Shown one piece after another: positions 24,788-40,030 of a DNA stretch of 64,000 nucleotides. Under the pieces are notes generated by a model. It did no database searches. It was not told the DNA's origin and worked only from the letters and a program-made list of their open reading frames with translations. The DNA lies in NCBI RefSeq assembly GCF_006345805.1, contig NC_043010.1, positions 58,838,001-58,902,000 of the forward strand, written 5' to 3'. The stretch's first letter is position 1. Every line of letters begins with the position of its first letter. The stretch comes from Octopus sinensis (lineage: Eukaryota). The position numbers were made by a program, and so were the translations under genes.

Positions 24788-25710
24788 GTATACATATATA
24801 ATATATAAATATATATACTATATTTATACACACACACACACACACATATATATACATATGCACTATATGTATGCATTATGTCCCCCCCTCCTCACCCACA
24901 CTATAAATATATACAAGTCACCAAGTGTCTGTGTGCATTTATATATGAGTCACACAGGATTTAAAATGTTTCTTTGTTCTATTTTTATGAATTTATCGGA
25001 TTTCCATAATACATTGTTGCTGCTGTTGTTGTCAGTTCTTAAAACAACTTTGGAGGAATTCTTCAATGATAAGAATACAATTTCTAAAATATATTTTTGG
25101 TACACTGTGCAAATGTGTTTATCTACACACACACACACACACACACCACACACCACACACACACACACACACACATACACACACACACACACACACATCA
25201 TTGTTGTTAGGTTTGTACTAACTTGAACTTTCTTCTCTTAAATATTTAAACAAATTGTTGTTGTTGCTGTTGTTATTGTTTTTGTTGTTCTTGTTGTTGT
25301 CATCGTTGTTGTTGTTGTTGTTGTTGCTACTGTTGTTTTCATGCCTCTCTTCATCAAATACTGACCAAAGGCCAACAGGGGAACTACACTGACCGAACCT
25401 AGAGACACTGGTCAAGCCCTCCATAGCTGCTACTCAGACTACTGTAAAGTGACTCACCAATATCATTATGACCAATATTGACCATAACTGACCAATACGT
25501 TGCTGTTTTATTCATCATTTGGTGACAATAAGACAATAAGAAGCTCCAGACACAAATATAGGAAAAAAATCTTTATTTACACATAATAGATGGATTCATT
25601 TAATACAAAACAATGGTTTACGTACATCTTTAATTCTTTCTCACAATCCATGTATGTATGTATGTATGTATATACATATATTACCTATATATATATATAA
25701 TATATATATA

Positions 25711-25776
<66 letters not shown>

Positions 25777-26181
25777 ACATACATATATGTACACATATTG
25801 GAATGTACCAACTAGCACAAAAGAGTACTCAATCCATTTAATAGAGTCTATATATTCATTTGAAACTTTCAATGTGTATATATATATATATTTATATATA
25901 TATATACACACACATGCACACACATATATATGTAGCATATTTGTGCCTTTGTGTGAGGGTGTATATATGAATTTTTTTTGGGGGGGTGAGAGGGAACTAG
26001 ACACCTGCAAGCTTCACAAAATGCATCTCAAATTGTCTTAACGATGTTTTATTCAGTGAAATTACTCACTGAATAATTAAAATAATTAAATGAGTCTGAA
26101 GCAAATTCAAATGGAAAATATATAAAATGGAAAGTATGAATGCCACAAATGCATACGCAACACCAATCATGGTGCCTCCAT

Positions 26182-26213
<32 letters not shown>

Positions 26214-26237
26214 CATCTTTTTCTGGTATTGAGCTAC

Positions 26238-26291
26238 CTTTAAACATTTATTTAGAATCTCATATAATCCATTACAGTCCTTTGTATCCAC
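26238..26291 (-). CDS. Candidate 54-nt internal exon (VDTKDCNGLYEILNKCLK), unknown protein
   Basis: Acceptor atttattttccag|G, donor AAG|gtagct, open phase 0-0, non-repetitive; no homolog recognised. Confidence 0.35.
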
Positions 26292-26439
26292 CTGGAAAAT
26301 AAATTCAAATGAATATGACACGGGTGTACAGGCAGCAATATCCAAGGAGTGCCATACAATGAGAGTAGAACAAGAGAATCACAAGACTCATTTATTTAAT
26401 ATTTCATATATTTATGTTTAATTGGTATAAGATTAATGT

Positions 26440-26990
26440 CACCTCTTCCTCCACTTACTTGTGCTTGAGGTAGCATTCGTCCAGAGTGGGTCAAGCCAGT
26501 CCCAACCAATGAGTTAACCATGTTCCTCATGAATGGTGACCACCACAACCAATGGCCTGCCCTTAGGTCTGAGCAGGCAAAATATTGCTTCTGCCTGGGG
26601 TCCAAAATCCCAGTTTGCAAATTTGACAAATGCTGAAGTTGCCATTCGTTGTTGAAGCATAGAATTCTTGTTTGGAATTTCAGTAGGAACACAATTTCAC
26701 ATGTGGCACCAAGTCACAAGCCTGCAGAGTGTGATCCAGAGTGGTGGATCTTGCCATTGATTGTCGACCATCACAGAGGATTCACTGAGCAAGTCACTGC
26801 CAATTCTCAGAGTAGACACAGCCTGGGTTCCAAGTGGGTGGCTCACTTACTACTTAACTGGGCTTCTAAGAGGTGCTACTCTGGCTTAGAGTAAATTTGG
26901 GAACAACAGTGGCTAGGGAGTGGCGCCCCATGCTGCAAAACCCAACAGTTCTTGTAGCAAGGCTCCACCACCAGATGAAGCTAAAAGCAC
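26440..26990 (-). mobile_element. Decayed LINE (RTE-like) C-terminal fragment
   Basis: RPKGRP motif followed by W-containing C-terminal residues typical of RTE ends. Confidence 0.35.
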
Positions 26991-27604
26991 TAGCATTTCT
27001 TCAGAATGTGACAGTTCAATAAATTAGAGAGTCTGTCACTAAAGTTATTTTTATGCTAAGGGTCTGTCAAAAAGAGTTCTGAGCAGACATGGGGTCTGTA
27101 TAATAAAACCGAAAGACAAATGACAAACGAATCAGAGTTTATTGGCCAGAAAAGCCTGCAGAAGAATGTCTTTTACTGTTTATGGTTTGTTAACTCTGAT
27201 TATATAAATATATTCAGTGACCAATTCTGAACATTCTCCATCTCACAAAGTGGCTATGTCTACCTTGTACCACTGAAACATATGTAAAAATATGAATTAT
27301 TAAATAAAATCAACTTGGTTTATCTTGTCACACATAACACATCATCATTGTCATCATCATTGTATCATCATTTAATGTCCATCTTCTATGCTGGCACACT
27401 CACATACGATATGGACATGTCTCTCTCTCTCTCTATATATATATACACACACACACATAGATACAAACTTACAATCTCACACAAAATATATAAATTTATA
27501 TATAAAAGGAATAAATGCAAAATTAAGCCGAAAAGAAATCAAGGCAAGATAGCAGAGTACAGTATGTAGATGTATGTATTTACATACATATATGTATGTG
27601 TGCA

Positions 27605-27651
<47 letters not shown>

Positions 27652-27844
27652 ATATATGTGTATGTATATATATATGTATATATATATATGTATATATTTA
27701 TATATATGTATATATACATATATATGTATATATAAATATACATAAACATATATATATATATATACATATAAGTATATATATGTATGTACACATATATACA
27801 TAAATACAACCATATATACGTATTTACATATACATACACACATG

Positions 27845-27883
<39 letters not shown>

Positions 27884-28815
27884 TTATACATATATTTATA
27901 TGCATAGATGTATACATATGTATCTGTGCATGTGTAAGTGAGTATTAGTGTGTGTGTTTGTGTGTGTGCACTTGTATATAAATATATCATTTGTTTCAAC
28001 CACATTCACACCTGTGGTCAAAATAGTTATGTCCACTACTACTTTCTCCAAGAATTTATGATCTGTTAAAATTATTCACTGAAAGCTGATTGGTCAGTTC
28101 ATTATGGATGGTCATTGTTTGTTGCCCCATGGTCTGTCATACACCACCAAACCTGGGGGCAAAAATATTCCAGTCATGAAATGTTTTTAGCTTTGAAACA
28201 TCATCTGTCCAGGATTGTAAATCCAGTTGACCAATGGTCAAGCACATCCTAACATTGACCATCAAATATTCATTCATAATATATCCATGACTATTATCTA
28301 ATGTGTCCTTATTGCTTTTACTTGTCTCAAGTCAACCCTGATGGGACCTATGGTAACAGACCCTTTACCCATGACCAGTTATCATACATATCTAAAACTA
28401 CTTCTTCACCATTTTGAAAATAGTAAGTGTGAAATGAAGGATATATGGCTTCTATTTCTAGCAGAACATGTGACAATATTAAAGTCTCCCTCATTGGCCC
28501 CCTGTTGTCTTCAATCTCTCCATCTATGTTGCATTTAACCCCTGGCAAATACGTTATCAATGATTCTAGAATGGTGGGTCTCCAAACATCCAAACAATTC
28601 TTGAAATCTTCAGGGAATTACAGGAAACTTCTTCAAAGTCAAATATTTCTGAATATGGTTCTCAGATGTGTGTGTGTGTGGGGGGGGTCGTGTATCTATA
28701 AATGTGTGCGTATGCATGCTTCTGTGTATCTATATTTTATATATGCACACATACACATACTGAAGTTCTATAGGTAAGCAAACAAGATTTTGTATATATA
28801 TATACATATGTATAT

Positions 28816-28846
<31 letters not shown>

Positions 28847-28861
28847 CATACTTATAAAAAG

Positions 28862-28898
<37 letters not shown>

Positions 28899-29300
28899 TG
28901 TATATACATATACACACCTTTATATAAGTAAGTGTTTGTGTGTGTATATATATATACACACACACACAGATATACAGGTAAAGAAGAGAGAGAGAGAAAC
29001 ACACCTTTATATAAGTATGTGTGTATATATATATATATATATTATATATATATATATAATATATAAAACACACGGACAGACAGGTAAAAAAGAGAGAGAG
29101 AGAGAGAGAGATTTCAGCACTGACACTCCCCGTCCTCCCCTTCTGGTTAATTTCTTCCTGTTTTTTGTCTCCACACAGACCAAAGATTGGGCGCCATTCA
29201 GTTGTAAAGCTTCCATATGTTTCTAATGACATGATGACATAGAGTTCTAATTGGCATTCCACGGAGAAGACAACTAGCATTTCAACGGATTCTTAGTACT

Positions 29301-29420
<120 letters not shown>

Positions 29421-30134
29421 TATATATATGTATAATATATATACATTATATATATATATATATATATATTATATTATGTATATAGATATATTTACATATA
29501 TATGTATATTTACATTATATGTTTATATGCATTTACACACATATGCATATATATTCTTATATCTATATAGATTGTCAGATCCACATTATATACATACATT
29601 CATATACTTATACAAGCTTCTATACACATTACATATACAAGTATATGAGCTATATTTACATACATATATACAGACAAGCACACATACAAGCATACACACA
29701 AATGTAAAACGCTATTCTTATAAACTGGTAATTTTTTTTCCAATTAACAAGGAAATTAATTTCACACACATTGTTAGACATCGTCTCTTCCCCTCTCTCT
29801 CTTTCCCTCTCTTTCTCTCTCTCTCTATCCCTTTCTCCTCACCTCTCTCTCTCATCTAGGTCTACATAATAACAAAACAAACATCCCTGTCCATCCATAG
29901 TTTTTGCAGAAGGGGTCAATCTCCACCTTTTTTTGCTAAATCAATAAAAACAATGTCTATGGATCCACTAGATGGGTAATAACCAGCTGGAAATAGTAGC
30001 CAACTCTCCTTCATATCACACATATTCTATATTTTTTTTATAAAAAGCACATTATACAGTGTACTCCAAGATACACTTAGTCTAACTAAAATACAGGAAT
30101 CCCTTCATCCTCAGTTATAATTTTATTCATATCA

Positions 30135-30345
30135 AAGGTGGTGAGATGGCAGAATCGTTAGCACGCCAGGTGAAATGCTTAGCAGTATTTCGTCTGTCTT
30201 TACATTCTGAGTTCAAATTCCACCAAGGTTGACTTTGCCTTTCATCCTTTCGGGGTTGATAAATTAAGTACCAGTTGCATGCTGAAGTCGATCTAAACGG
30301 TTGCCCCCTCTCCCCAAAAATTTTGGGCCTTGTGCCTAGAGTAGA
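30135..30345 (+). mobile_element. SINE family D
   Basis: ggtggtgagatggcagaatcgttagcacgcc...ctgagttcaaattcc (A/B boxes). Confidence 0.88.
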
Positions 30346-30626
30346 AAAGAATTTCATTCATATCTAGGATATTTTATCAAAGTCATCCCAGTATATCACT
30401 GGTACTTTATTCTATGGACCCTGCAGGGATGAAAGGGGAATCCCCACCTCAGTGACATTTGAACTCAGAAACTAAATGATCGTAAAATACCATAAATGTT
30501 TCCTCAGACATTCCACCATGGTTGGAATATTTTTGAAGCTTGTCTTAATCTGCACCCCAACCCCAACCCCAAGGGTGACCTAGGGCTAAACAACAGCAGC
30601 AACAACACTGATCACTATCAAGGTTG

Positions 30627-30795
30627 CTACATTTCACAGCTATATTCCTTGGCTATATTTCATAGCTACATTTCATGGCTATATTCTATGACTATATTCC
30701 TTGGCTATATTTCATAGCTACATTTCATGGCTATATTCTATGGCTATATTCCTTAGCTATATTCCATGGCTATATTTCATGTTACATTTCATATA
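30627..30795. repeat. 13-bp minisatellite (TGGCTATATTTCA)
   Basis: About 12 consecutive variants ggctatattcc/agctacatttc. Confidence 0.85.
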
Positions 30796-31379
30796 GGACT
30801 ATGAAACTTGATTTGCATGTACATGACTATATGCAGGGTCTAAAAAAGGTGGGTACAACTCATAAATAGGTCTGAGTCTTCTAGAGATAGTTAAGGACCC
30901 TTCCTTACAATGATAAATGAAACCAAAGGAACCCAACCCACAGGGCCTCGCCCTATATTTCAGGATTGGGAAGAGGACATTGAAAGCAGCCTTGTTCCAT
31001 CTCACAAAATGTTAGTTCGAGATGGCGACTGAATGCTTTTGTGCTCACACCACTATGGGGCAGCTCTTCAAGAAAGTATTTTCTGTCACAGAACAATGAA
31101 GTCCATGTCAATGGAATCTAGTTGATAGGAATTGTGTGAAAGTCTGGTCTGCTGGAAGGGGTCATTCCCACTTTTGGTTGAGAGACTCACTCTATCTCCA
31201 AGTTTAAAACACCACCACCTGGAACTTAGGGCTCTTTAATGGATTAAGAATTGAGGCAAGTCTTTAACCTGCAAATAACTTACCTGCCGTGCTCACAGCA
31301 CTCTAGGGCATCCTTGAAAAGGGTCTTCAGACCACTTTTCCTCCAGCCACACAGTCATTTCTTACATAAAAATATATGC

Positions 31380-31411
<32 letters not shown>

Positions 31412-31444
31412 ATATATATATATATACTTATATATATATATATA

Positions 31445-31745
31445 AAATTAAATTAGAGATAAAACCATTATTATGCAACTCAAACAGTGATAGACATAAA
31501 CCAAAACATAAAAAACAAAAATAAATATAATTATATATATATAATATATATAAAATATAAAATTTAAAACTTAAATTATAAATTTTTAATTTTTAATTTT
31601 ATTTTTTTAATTTTTAAATTTTTAAATTAAAAATTTTTTTTTTAATATAACTAACCAAAAAGTATAAATATAATATAAATATAATATATAAGTATGTCTA
31701 TCACTGTTTGAGTGCCTAATAGTGGTTTTATCTCTAATTTAATTT
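31445..31745. repeat. ~50-bp inverted repeat around an AT-rich low-complexity spacer
   Basis: taaattagagataaaacca.tatt..gca.ctcaaacagtgatagacata (31448-31498) versus its reverse complement at 31693-31742. Confidence 0.75.
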
Positions 31746-31813
31746 ATATTTATACTGTGAAATTTGATTTAATCCTAAATCTAATTTTCCCCTGTAAGTT
31801 TGGATATACTCCC

Positions 31814-31880
<67 letters not shown>

Positions 31881-31926
31881 GTATGTATGTATGTATATAA
31901 TAATCTATATATATATATATATTATG

Positions 31927-31982
<56 letters not shown>

Positions 31983-32067
31983 CCACATGTATATATGTGT
32001 GTGTGAGTATATATGTATTCACATACACACAACACACACACATATATATGCACACCCATGCACATAT

Positions 32068-32250
32068 ATATCATCATCATCATCATTGTCCATTTTCCAT
32101 GCTGGCATGGGTTGGATGGCTTGACAGAAGCCAGCAAACTGGAGGGCTGCACCAGGCTCCACTCATTTGCTTTGATTGATAAAGTTTTTCTGACTAGATG
32201 CCCTTCCTAACACACCAACCACTTTACAGAATGTACTGGGTACTTTTTAT
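32068..32250 (-). mobile_element. RTE LINE 3' tail repeat
   Basis: catcatc..tccattttccatgctggcatgggttggatgg. Confidence 0.8.
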
Positions 32251-32707
32251 ATCTCATGGTTTATATTTAATGTATATCTTTACTGGATGACAGTCTGGGA
32301 ATCTGCATCTGAACTTCTAAATTGTTTCTGATGAAAACCTTCCTTTGCATGTTTTTTGCATGATTTTTAACATTTTTTTTACAATCGGTGTTTCTGTAAT
32401 TTTTTAAAAAGCTAACTCATTTACAAAGGACTTAAAAAATTTTTTTTTCCCATTTGCCAAATCAAGTGTCAAATGAGTTGCTATCTCGTACATTAGAAGC
32501 AGATGTGGGATGTGTGAAATAGTCTCTTTGGTACATTGTTATGTAACTATGCAACTGTATTTGTGCACATATATGTATATAAGGTTTATAAAATGTATGT
32601 GTGCACTTTTGAAATGGAACTCATGATGTAACTGACCATGAATTATGGAACAGCTGTAAACAAACTTAAATCTCATTTACCTCTCACTTTTCTGGATATT
32701 AATTGAC

Positions 32708-32748
<41 letters not shown>

Positions 32749-32773
32749 ATATATATATATATTATATATATAC

Positions 32774-32838
<65 letters not shown>

Positions 32839-33803
32839 GCACACACACATACATATACATACATCATATATGTTTATAGTTTCAATTATTTCAATACTGT
32901 GTATTAACAAATGATATAGATATGACCACCCCTCCAAAAAAAGTTTCTCTTCAACCAAAGTCTACCTAGTCACAGACATTCCTTTTGTTTCATTGTTCAA
33001 AATTAGCGATTCGTTCAGCTTCTTTGCAACTTGACAGATTAGTTGCTAAATAACATGGATACACTTTGATTGGATTGTCATGGTTGGAACATTTTTGATC
33101 ATTGTTTTACCAGATCAGAGCTGACCAACAACAACAACAACATTAGTAATTAATGTACCAAATGGGAGGAGGAGGAGGTGGTATATTGAGGTACAACAAC
33201 AACAATATCAACAACTGTAGCAACAACAACAAGAATTAGCATCATTATCAACGACAATGATTAGCATCAATCATAACAACAACAATAACAACAGGGAACC
33301 ACAATAACAATAATAAGGCAATTAACAGCAACAATAGCAACAACAACCAGAATAATAGTTTAATCATCATCATCATCATCATCATCAACAACAACAACAT
33401 CAAGAGTGTGTGTGAGTTTATAGCTGTGTGTTTCTATACAGCTTTGTGTGCGTTAGGAAACCTCCTCTTTATGTGTGCATGTGTACCTCTGTTCATATAG
33501 CTGTGGGTGTGTGTGTGTGTATACAGGCACAAGCATGGTACCTGTGTGTTCAGGCAGAGATGTATTTAGACACTAGTATGTGCATATATGAAAATGTATT
33601 TGTTTCTGTTGGAAAGCAGTGTGTATATAAAGGAATATGACTGCAAACAAGTGTGTATATATATATATATATATATATATTTATACATAGATAGATAGAT
33701 AGATAGATAGACAAATGGATATAGATATATATATATATACACACATGTATAGCCATGCATGCTAATGCATGTCAGTGTGTATGTGTAATTGTGTATACAT
33801 AAA

Positions 33804-33852
<49 letters not shown>

Positions 33853-34619
33853 ATATGTATGTATGTATGTATATATATATAATATATATATATATATACA
33901 TATATATACATACATACATACATACATACATGTGTGCATGCATGTTTGGTAGTGCGGCCAGGAGATATAACACTCTCTACATGAGAAAAGATATTTTTAT
34001 TTTCCAAAAATGGCACCTTTAATTTTTCTCATTTATTTACCTTTTTTTTTTCTTTTTACCTTTCATTCTCGCTCAAACCAACTCATCCAAACGGGGCAGG
34101 CTGTTCAAAATGTCCATTGATCACATGACCTTCCCCTATTAATTGTTATGTAAATACCGGACAAACAGTTCCAGTTCCTTTCAGAGAAGATATGAACTTC
34201 CAATATTAATATCGGCTTCATACATTCTTGTTAGTGGAACTCTCAATCCTTCAGTTACTTTTCTACCTTTCTGCCAATTAACAGGTAAAAATTTAAGCTC
34301 AGGTATTGAGTTTGTTTGTTCTTTTACTTGTAACAATCCTCTGCGTGTGTGTGTGTGTGTGTGTGTGTGTTCATGTCATGTTTTATATAAAAATAATTGC
34401 ATATCAAACCAGAAAATTACTCAATACTTTATAGCAGAGTATATTCTAAGTAACTTTGAAGTCACTGTCACCCTTTCCTTTCTAAAGTTTAAAATATATA
34501 CATATATATATATATGTCCATGTGTATATGTGTATATATATATGTGTGTGTGTGTATGTGCATATATATATGTGTGTGTGTATGTGTATATATATATGTG
34601 TGTGTATGTGTATACATAA

Positions 34620-34651
<32 letters not shown>

Positions 34652-35167
34652 ATATATATGTATGTATATGAACATTCACACAATATTCCTACTAAATATG
34701 TCCAGGCTCTACCATATGTACATACATGGTATTGCAACTGCACACACCCACCCACATATACACACACATACATATATACATGCACGTATATATATATACA
34801 CATCTATATAAACATTTATACATACATATATATATATAAGTTTATACATATATATATATATATATATATTTATATACATATCATACACACACACACAAAC
34901 AGATACACATATCCTTTAACACACACATCTCCTTACAATATACACCATACCACTCTCCACACCATGCCCATCACCACTTAGATCCATAACTAGGTCCAAC
35001 AATGTACTATAACAATGTAGTCCTCTGGGCAAATCTGTGATTTTGGCAACGTTTCCTGGGAACGTCTTTAGAGAACAGAAAGCGTGTTTATGTGCACGTG
35101 TGTATGTATGTGTATGTGTCTGTCTGTGTGTGAGTGTACAGCACACTATATAAGTATTGAATATATA

Positions 35168-35244
<77 letters not shown>

Positions 35245-35357
35245 TATATATACCTGTATATACATATATATGGATATATGTATATATCTGTATATATTTA
35301 TACTGTATATCATATATATGGATATATGTATATATGTGTAGACAAATATATGTATAA

Positions 35358-35400
<43 letters not shown>

Positions 35401-35548
35401 AGTTATATATACACACACACACACACATATATAATATAGTTATATATATATATACATATATACATTTATCTATCTATATATATATACATATATACATACA
35501 CACACCACATATATATATAGATAGATATGCATACATACATGTATACAT

Positions 35549-35589
<41 letters not shown>

Positions 35590-35925
35590 ATATATATAAT
35601 ATATATATATATAGATATATAGATAGATAGATAGATAAGAAAGAGGACAGGTACACACAAGTAGAAATGTGTGTATTTATGTATATGTGACTCTATAATA
35701 CAGATGATAAAAACCAATAAATACTGTCATGTATGTATAATGAGTGTATATAACATATAACTATATACACAATATGAATCTGACCATATTTCAATAAATG
35801 CCCAATGTGCACACATTGATTCATTACAATTCTATACACACGCATATACACACGTAAACACACAAACCATGCACATATGTGCATACATAAAGAAACACAT
35901 ACACACTCACACACACCACATACAT

Positions 35926-36013
<88 letters not shown>

Positions 36014-36171
36014 ATATATATGTGTATATATATATATAATTATATATATATATGTGTATATATATACATATATGGATGTATGTGTGTGTGTGTGGATGTG
36101 CATGTGTATGTGTGTGCATGTATGTATATAGATGTGTATACAGCAGTACAGTGGAGCGCAGTCGAGCTACA

Positions 36172-36263
36172 CTAGAAGCACACATCTAGCAGAACAAAAG
36201 CTGGAACATCCCAGTAGTCTCTCAGTGTCCGCTTCATCGACTCTTGGAACCGCGGGCTGGAAG
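36172..36263 (-). CDS. Candidate exon ([30 protein letters not shown]; alternative frame [18 protein letters not shown]...)
   Basis: Strong acceptor ttgtcttctcaatcttttgcag|, CpG-rich unique island between microsatellites, two frames open for about 30 codons; no homolog recognised. Confidence 0.35.
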
Positions 36264-36491
36264 CTGCAAAAGATTGAGAAGACAACATTAAAATGTGAAG
36301 TTGATATTAGCATCAGTGGAGAAGAGAGAAGAAGATGAGGCAGCATCTAACCATCATCCCAGTGTATCAAATGTATTATGTTGTGTTACGGGTTATCTGC
36401 AGGCAAGAGATTTCAGAGGGAGTAAATGCACAGCAGGCAGCAGCAGCAGGACTGGATACAGGCAGAGATATGCAACATACAGACACACACA

Positions 36492-36540
<49 letters not shown>

Positions 36541-36843
36541 CATATATATATATATACATAAATATATATACATATATGTATATGTACATAATTATATACA
36601 TATATACATATATGTATATATACATAATTATATACATATATATATACATATATGTATATATACATAATTATATACATATATGTATGTATATACATGCACA
36701 AGTGTGTGTGTGTAGATATATATATATATATATATATTCACACACATATATACACATGCACATGTATATATATACATATATATATCATGATGATGATGAT
36801 ATGTATATATATGTTTATATATACATGTGTATATGTGTATGTG

Positions 36844-36894
<51 letters not shown>

Positions 36895-37094
36895 TCACTT
36901 GTGCATGTATATATATATATACACACACATATATAATATATATAAATATATATATAGCTCTTGGTTTGGTGATACAAACAGCAAAATAGAACTAAAAACC
37001 ATAATTATGTATTTTTATTATTAATCTGCAGAAGTTTTCCCTGCTCTAAAGTTTCCTCTGGTCTGGTGGAGTGTTGCATCATACAGGTCTCTGG

Positions 37095-37395
37095 CTCTCT
37101 GCTTAGAATACTCATCTCAAGATCATGAGGTTGTGAGTTCAATCCCTGGTGTGTATTGTGTCCTTGAGCAAGACTGTTTATTTCTCATTGCTCCAGGCCA
37201 CTCAGCTGGCAAAAATGAGTAGTACCTGTAATTCTAACGGGCCAGCCTTGTCACATTCTGTGTCACACTGAGTCTCCTTGACAACTACATTAAGGGAACA
37301 TGTGTCTGTGGTGTACTCAGCCACTTGCATGTTCATTTCATGAGCAAGCTTTTCTGTTGACTGGATCAACTGGAATGCAGATCATAATTACCAAA
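37095..37395 (+). mobile_element. SINE family C (diverged)
   Basis: gaggttgtgagttcaatccc...gtgtccttgagcaagac...cactcagctggcaaaaatgag; cf. 46176. Confidence 0.85.
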
Positions 37396-37435
37396 GGTGT
37401 GCCAGGTAGAATATGGTACTGCTTAGTGTTTTCAC

Positions 37436-37547
37436 CTGTAGCATCGTATAATCGAATATTGTAATGTCACTAACTTAACCAAATCCAACGAGTGGCACCA
37501 GCCAAAGAGAAAGGAGTTCTGGTGCAACGTTGGCACATTTTTTGATT
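37436..37547 (-). CDS. Weak candidate 112-nt exon (SKNVPTLHQNSFLFGWCHSLDLVKLVTLQYSIIRCY)
   Basis: tttctctgccag| ... cag|gtgaaa with one open frame; could be chance. Confidence 0.15.
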
Positions 37548-39604
37548 CTGGCAGAGAAATCCCTAATATAAATTCCTGACATATCACTACAAGTCAACAT
37601 AACATTTGGCCAGGCTGTGGTACTTTTCCAGAGCCATGTCATTTATATAAAGCTACATATATATTAGCCATTATTGAGGCTAAAGTTGACCCCATAGCTA
37701 TACCTCACAGGTGCAACTTCGGATGAATGCTTTTTAGCCATAACTCAATTCTGAAATGAGAAAAGGCAATCCAGCAATGACAATCCCATCACTTTCTTTT
37801 AAAGCACACTATTCTCAGACTATGTCATTCCTTTAAAGACATTACATTATGATCTGAAGTAGATTTCACTGCTATTTCTAGCTGGTCATGTTATTTGATA
37901 AGAGCTGCTTCAGTTAGGTAAGAAGTAGAAGGTTTTACAATGGACACTGTCTTCACCAAGGAGGGGGGAGGGGAGAAAACTACGATTTGAACTCAGAAAC
38001 ATTAGCTCTGTAAACATGTCAATGGAAGTGATTAATGTTTATTGTGATGGCCAGCTGCAGCAATAACGACAATGGTGATGGTCTTAATGATGATGATGAT
38101 GATGACAACGATAAGAATGGTGGTGGGGATGATGATGATGACATTAGTGACTGCAACGATAAAGGAGAAATGTGTGAGAGAAAGAGAGAGAGAGAGGGAG
38201 AGAGAGAAAGAAAGAGAGGGAGAGAGAGAGCAATAAAAATGAGACAGACAGACAGCCGAGAGACAAGAGTTAGAGGCAGAAAGGAGGAAAGAGAGAGGGG
38301 GAGGGAGAGGGAGTGGAGAGTGGTTTTGAAGTGATCTAATGAGAGTGAAGGTATGAATGAGTTGAGTTGATGAAGATATTTGAGTGACGAGGAACATTGA
38401 TGACATATTGACTGACATCGACCGAGGAAGATGGCTGCCATGGTAGGTTGGGGGGGGGGAGGGATGGTGTGGATAATGTGATGGAAGAGGGAGGAGGGGA
38501 AGAGATGGGGGGGGGGGGGGTGCTAGAGATTTTAAGATAAAAGACATGCAGTAAGGAGTCTTTGTGGGGTCTTTAAACCTGCTAAAACTAGCAGCAAAAT
38601 CTACCTCACATCACACACCACATACAAAAATCTGTCTGAAATTCTATTTGACAATGTAATCCTTTATATCAAACAGACTAGATGGTCATGTCTGGAATGC
38701 TTTTGATTATAGGTGTGTTTGACAGGGTTGACCTTGGCCTGAACAACAACAACAACAGCAGCAACAAGGCTCTCCCCAGTTCTCTGTCCATACCACAATG
38801 GTACCTTAATATGATATGGTCCCCATAAAACATTAAACCTGTTCAGAGCTGTGGTGGCCACTGGACAGCCAGGTGGCTTTAAAATAAGGGAGAAAGAAGG
38901 GGGACAGAAAGCAGATTAAAAACAAAAAGAAGAGAATAAAAAATCTTAGTACATCATTGACAAATACAAATTAACTTATAAGCTAATTAGGTAATTAATG
39001 AGATAGAACTGACTTCCAACCTGTGTGAGGTAATGACTCAGGATGAGAGAGTGCAATGGGTGAAAGCACGGCCCTTAAAATTGTTTGGCGGGAGGGAAAT
39101 GAGAATGCTTTGAATGACCTCCTAAAAAGCATCGTTGCCAAAACAAATGAGAAATATTTTAGGACTGATTTGAAATATTACTTTACCGTTATTAGATTTG
39201 ATGGATGCTCAAATATAATAATCATAATTATTATTATTATTAATTTACATGTGTCTGTTTGGATATTAAGATTGAAAACATCAATCTCCTCATTTGTTAA
39301 ACAATTTGGATCTGGGTTTGCTCCCTCTTGGCAACTTTCACTCCTGCGCTTATGGCACGAGAGGGGGTTAATTGGCAAACTAACCCTGACATTGATTTTA
39401 AAAAAAACAGATTCTTTGGTCATAACCGTAACATCGATTCACTCTGGGTAAATCTCTCAAGTTTAGATTAGTCTTTGACTAGAAAGTCTTTGACTCATCA
39501 AACAAACAAACACTATTAAAACAGAAGCACCTAATAAATTCCTGGCCAGGAATCTTAGTTGAATCCATTGACTTCCTTGTTTCTTTCTTTTCATTCACAA
39601 TAAA

Positions 39605-40030
39605 CTATGCTATTTACTTTTTATTCTTTTATTTGTTTCACTCATTTTGACTGCGGCCATGCTGGAGCACCGCCATTAGTCGAGCAAATCAACCCCAGGA
39701 TTTATTCTTTGTAAGCCTAGTACTTATTCTATCACCTCTTTTGCCAAACCACTAGGTTACAGGGATGTAAACACACCAACATCGGTTGTCAAGTGATGTT
39801 GGGGGGGGGACAAACACAGACACACAAACATATACATGCATATATATATATATATATATACACACATGCATAATGGGCTTCTTTCAGTTTCCATCCATCA
39901 AATCCACTCACAAGGCTTTGGTCGGCCCGAGGCTATAGTAGAAGACACTTGCCCAAAGTGCCACGCAGTGGGACTGAACCCGGAACCATGTGGTTGGTAA
40001 GCAAGCTACTTACCACACAGCCACTCCTGC
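39605..40030 (-). mobile_element. Full-length SINE family A
   Basis: Same sequence as 12030-12448. Confidence 0.92.

Noticed and set aside
31270-31365. ACTTACCTG (U1 snRNA 5' end-like, or minus-strand donor)
   Set aside because: No further U1 similarity, and all frames of the putative exon contain stops
34185-34284. 100-nt plus-strand exon-like frame (RRYELPILISASY...)
   Set aside because: Only splice dinucleotides support it, no partner plus-strand exons were found and no homology was recognised
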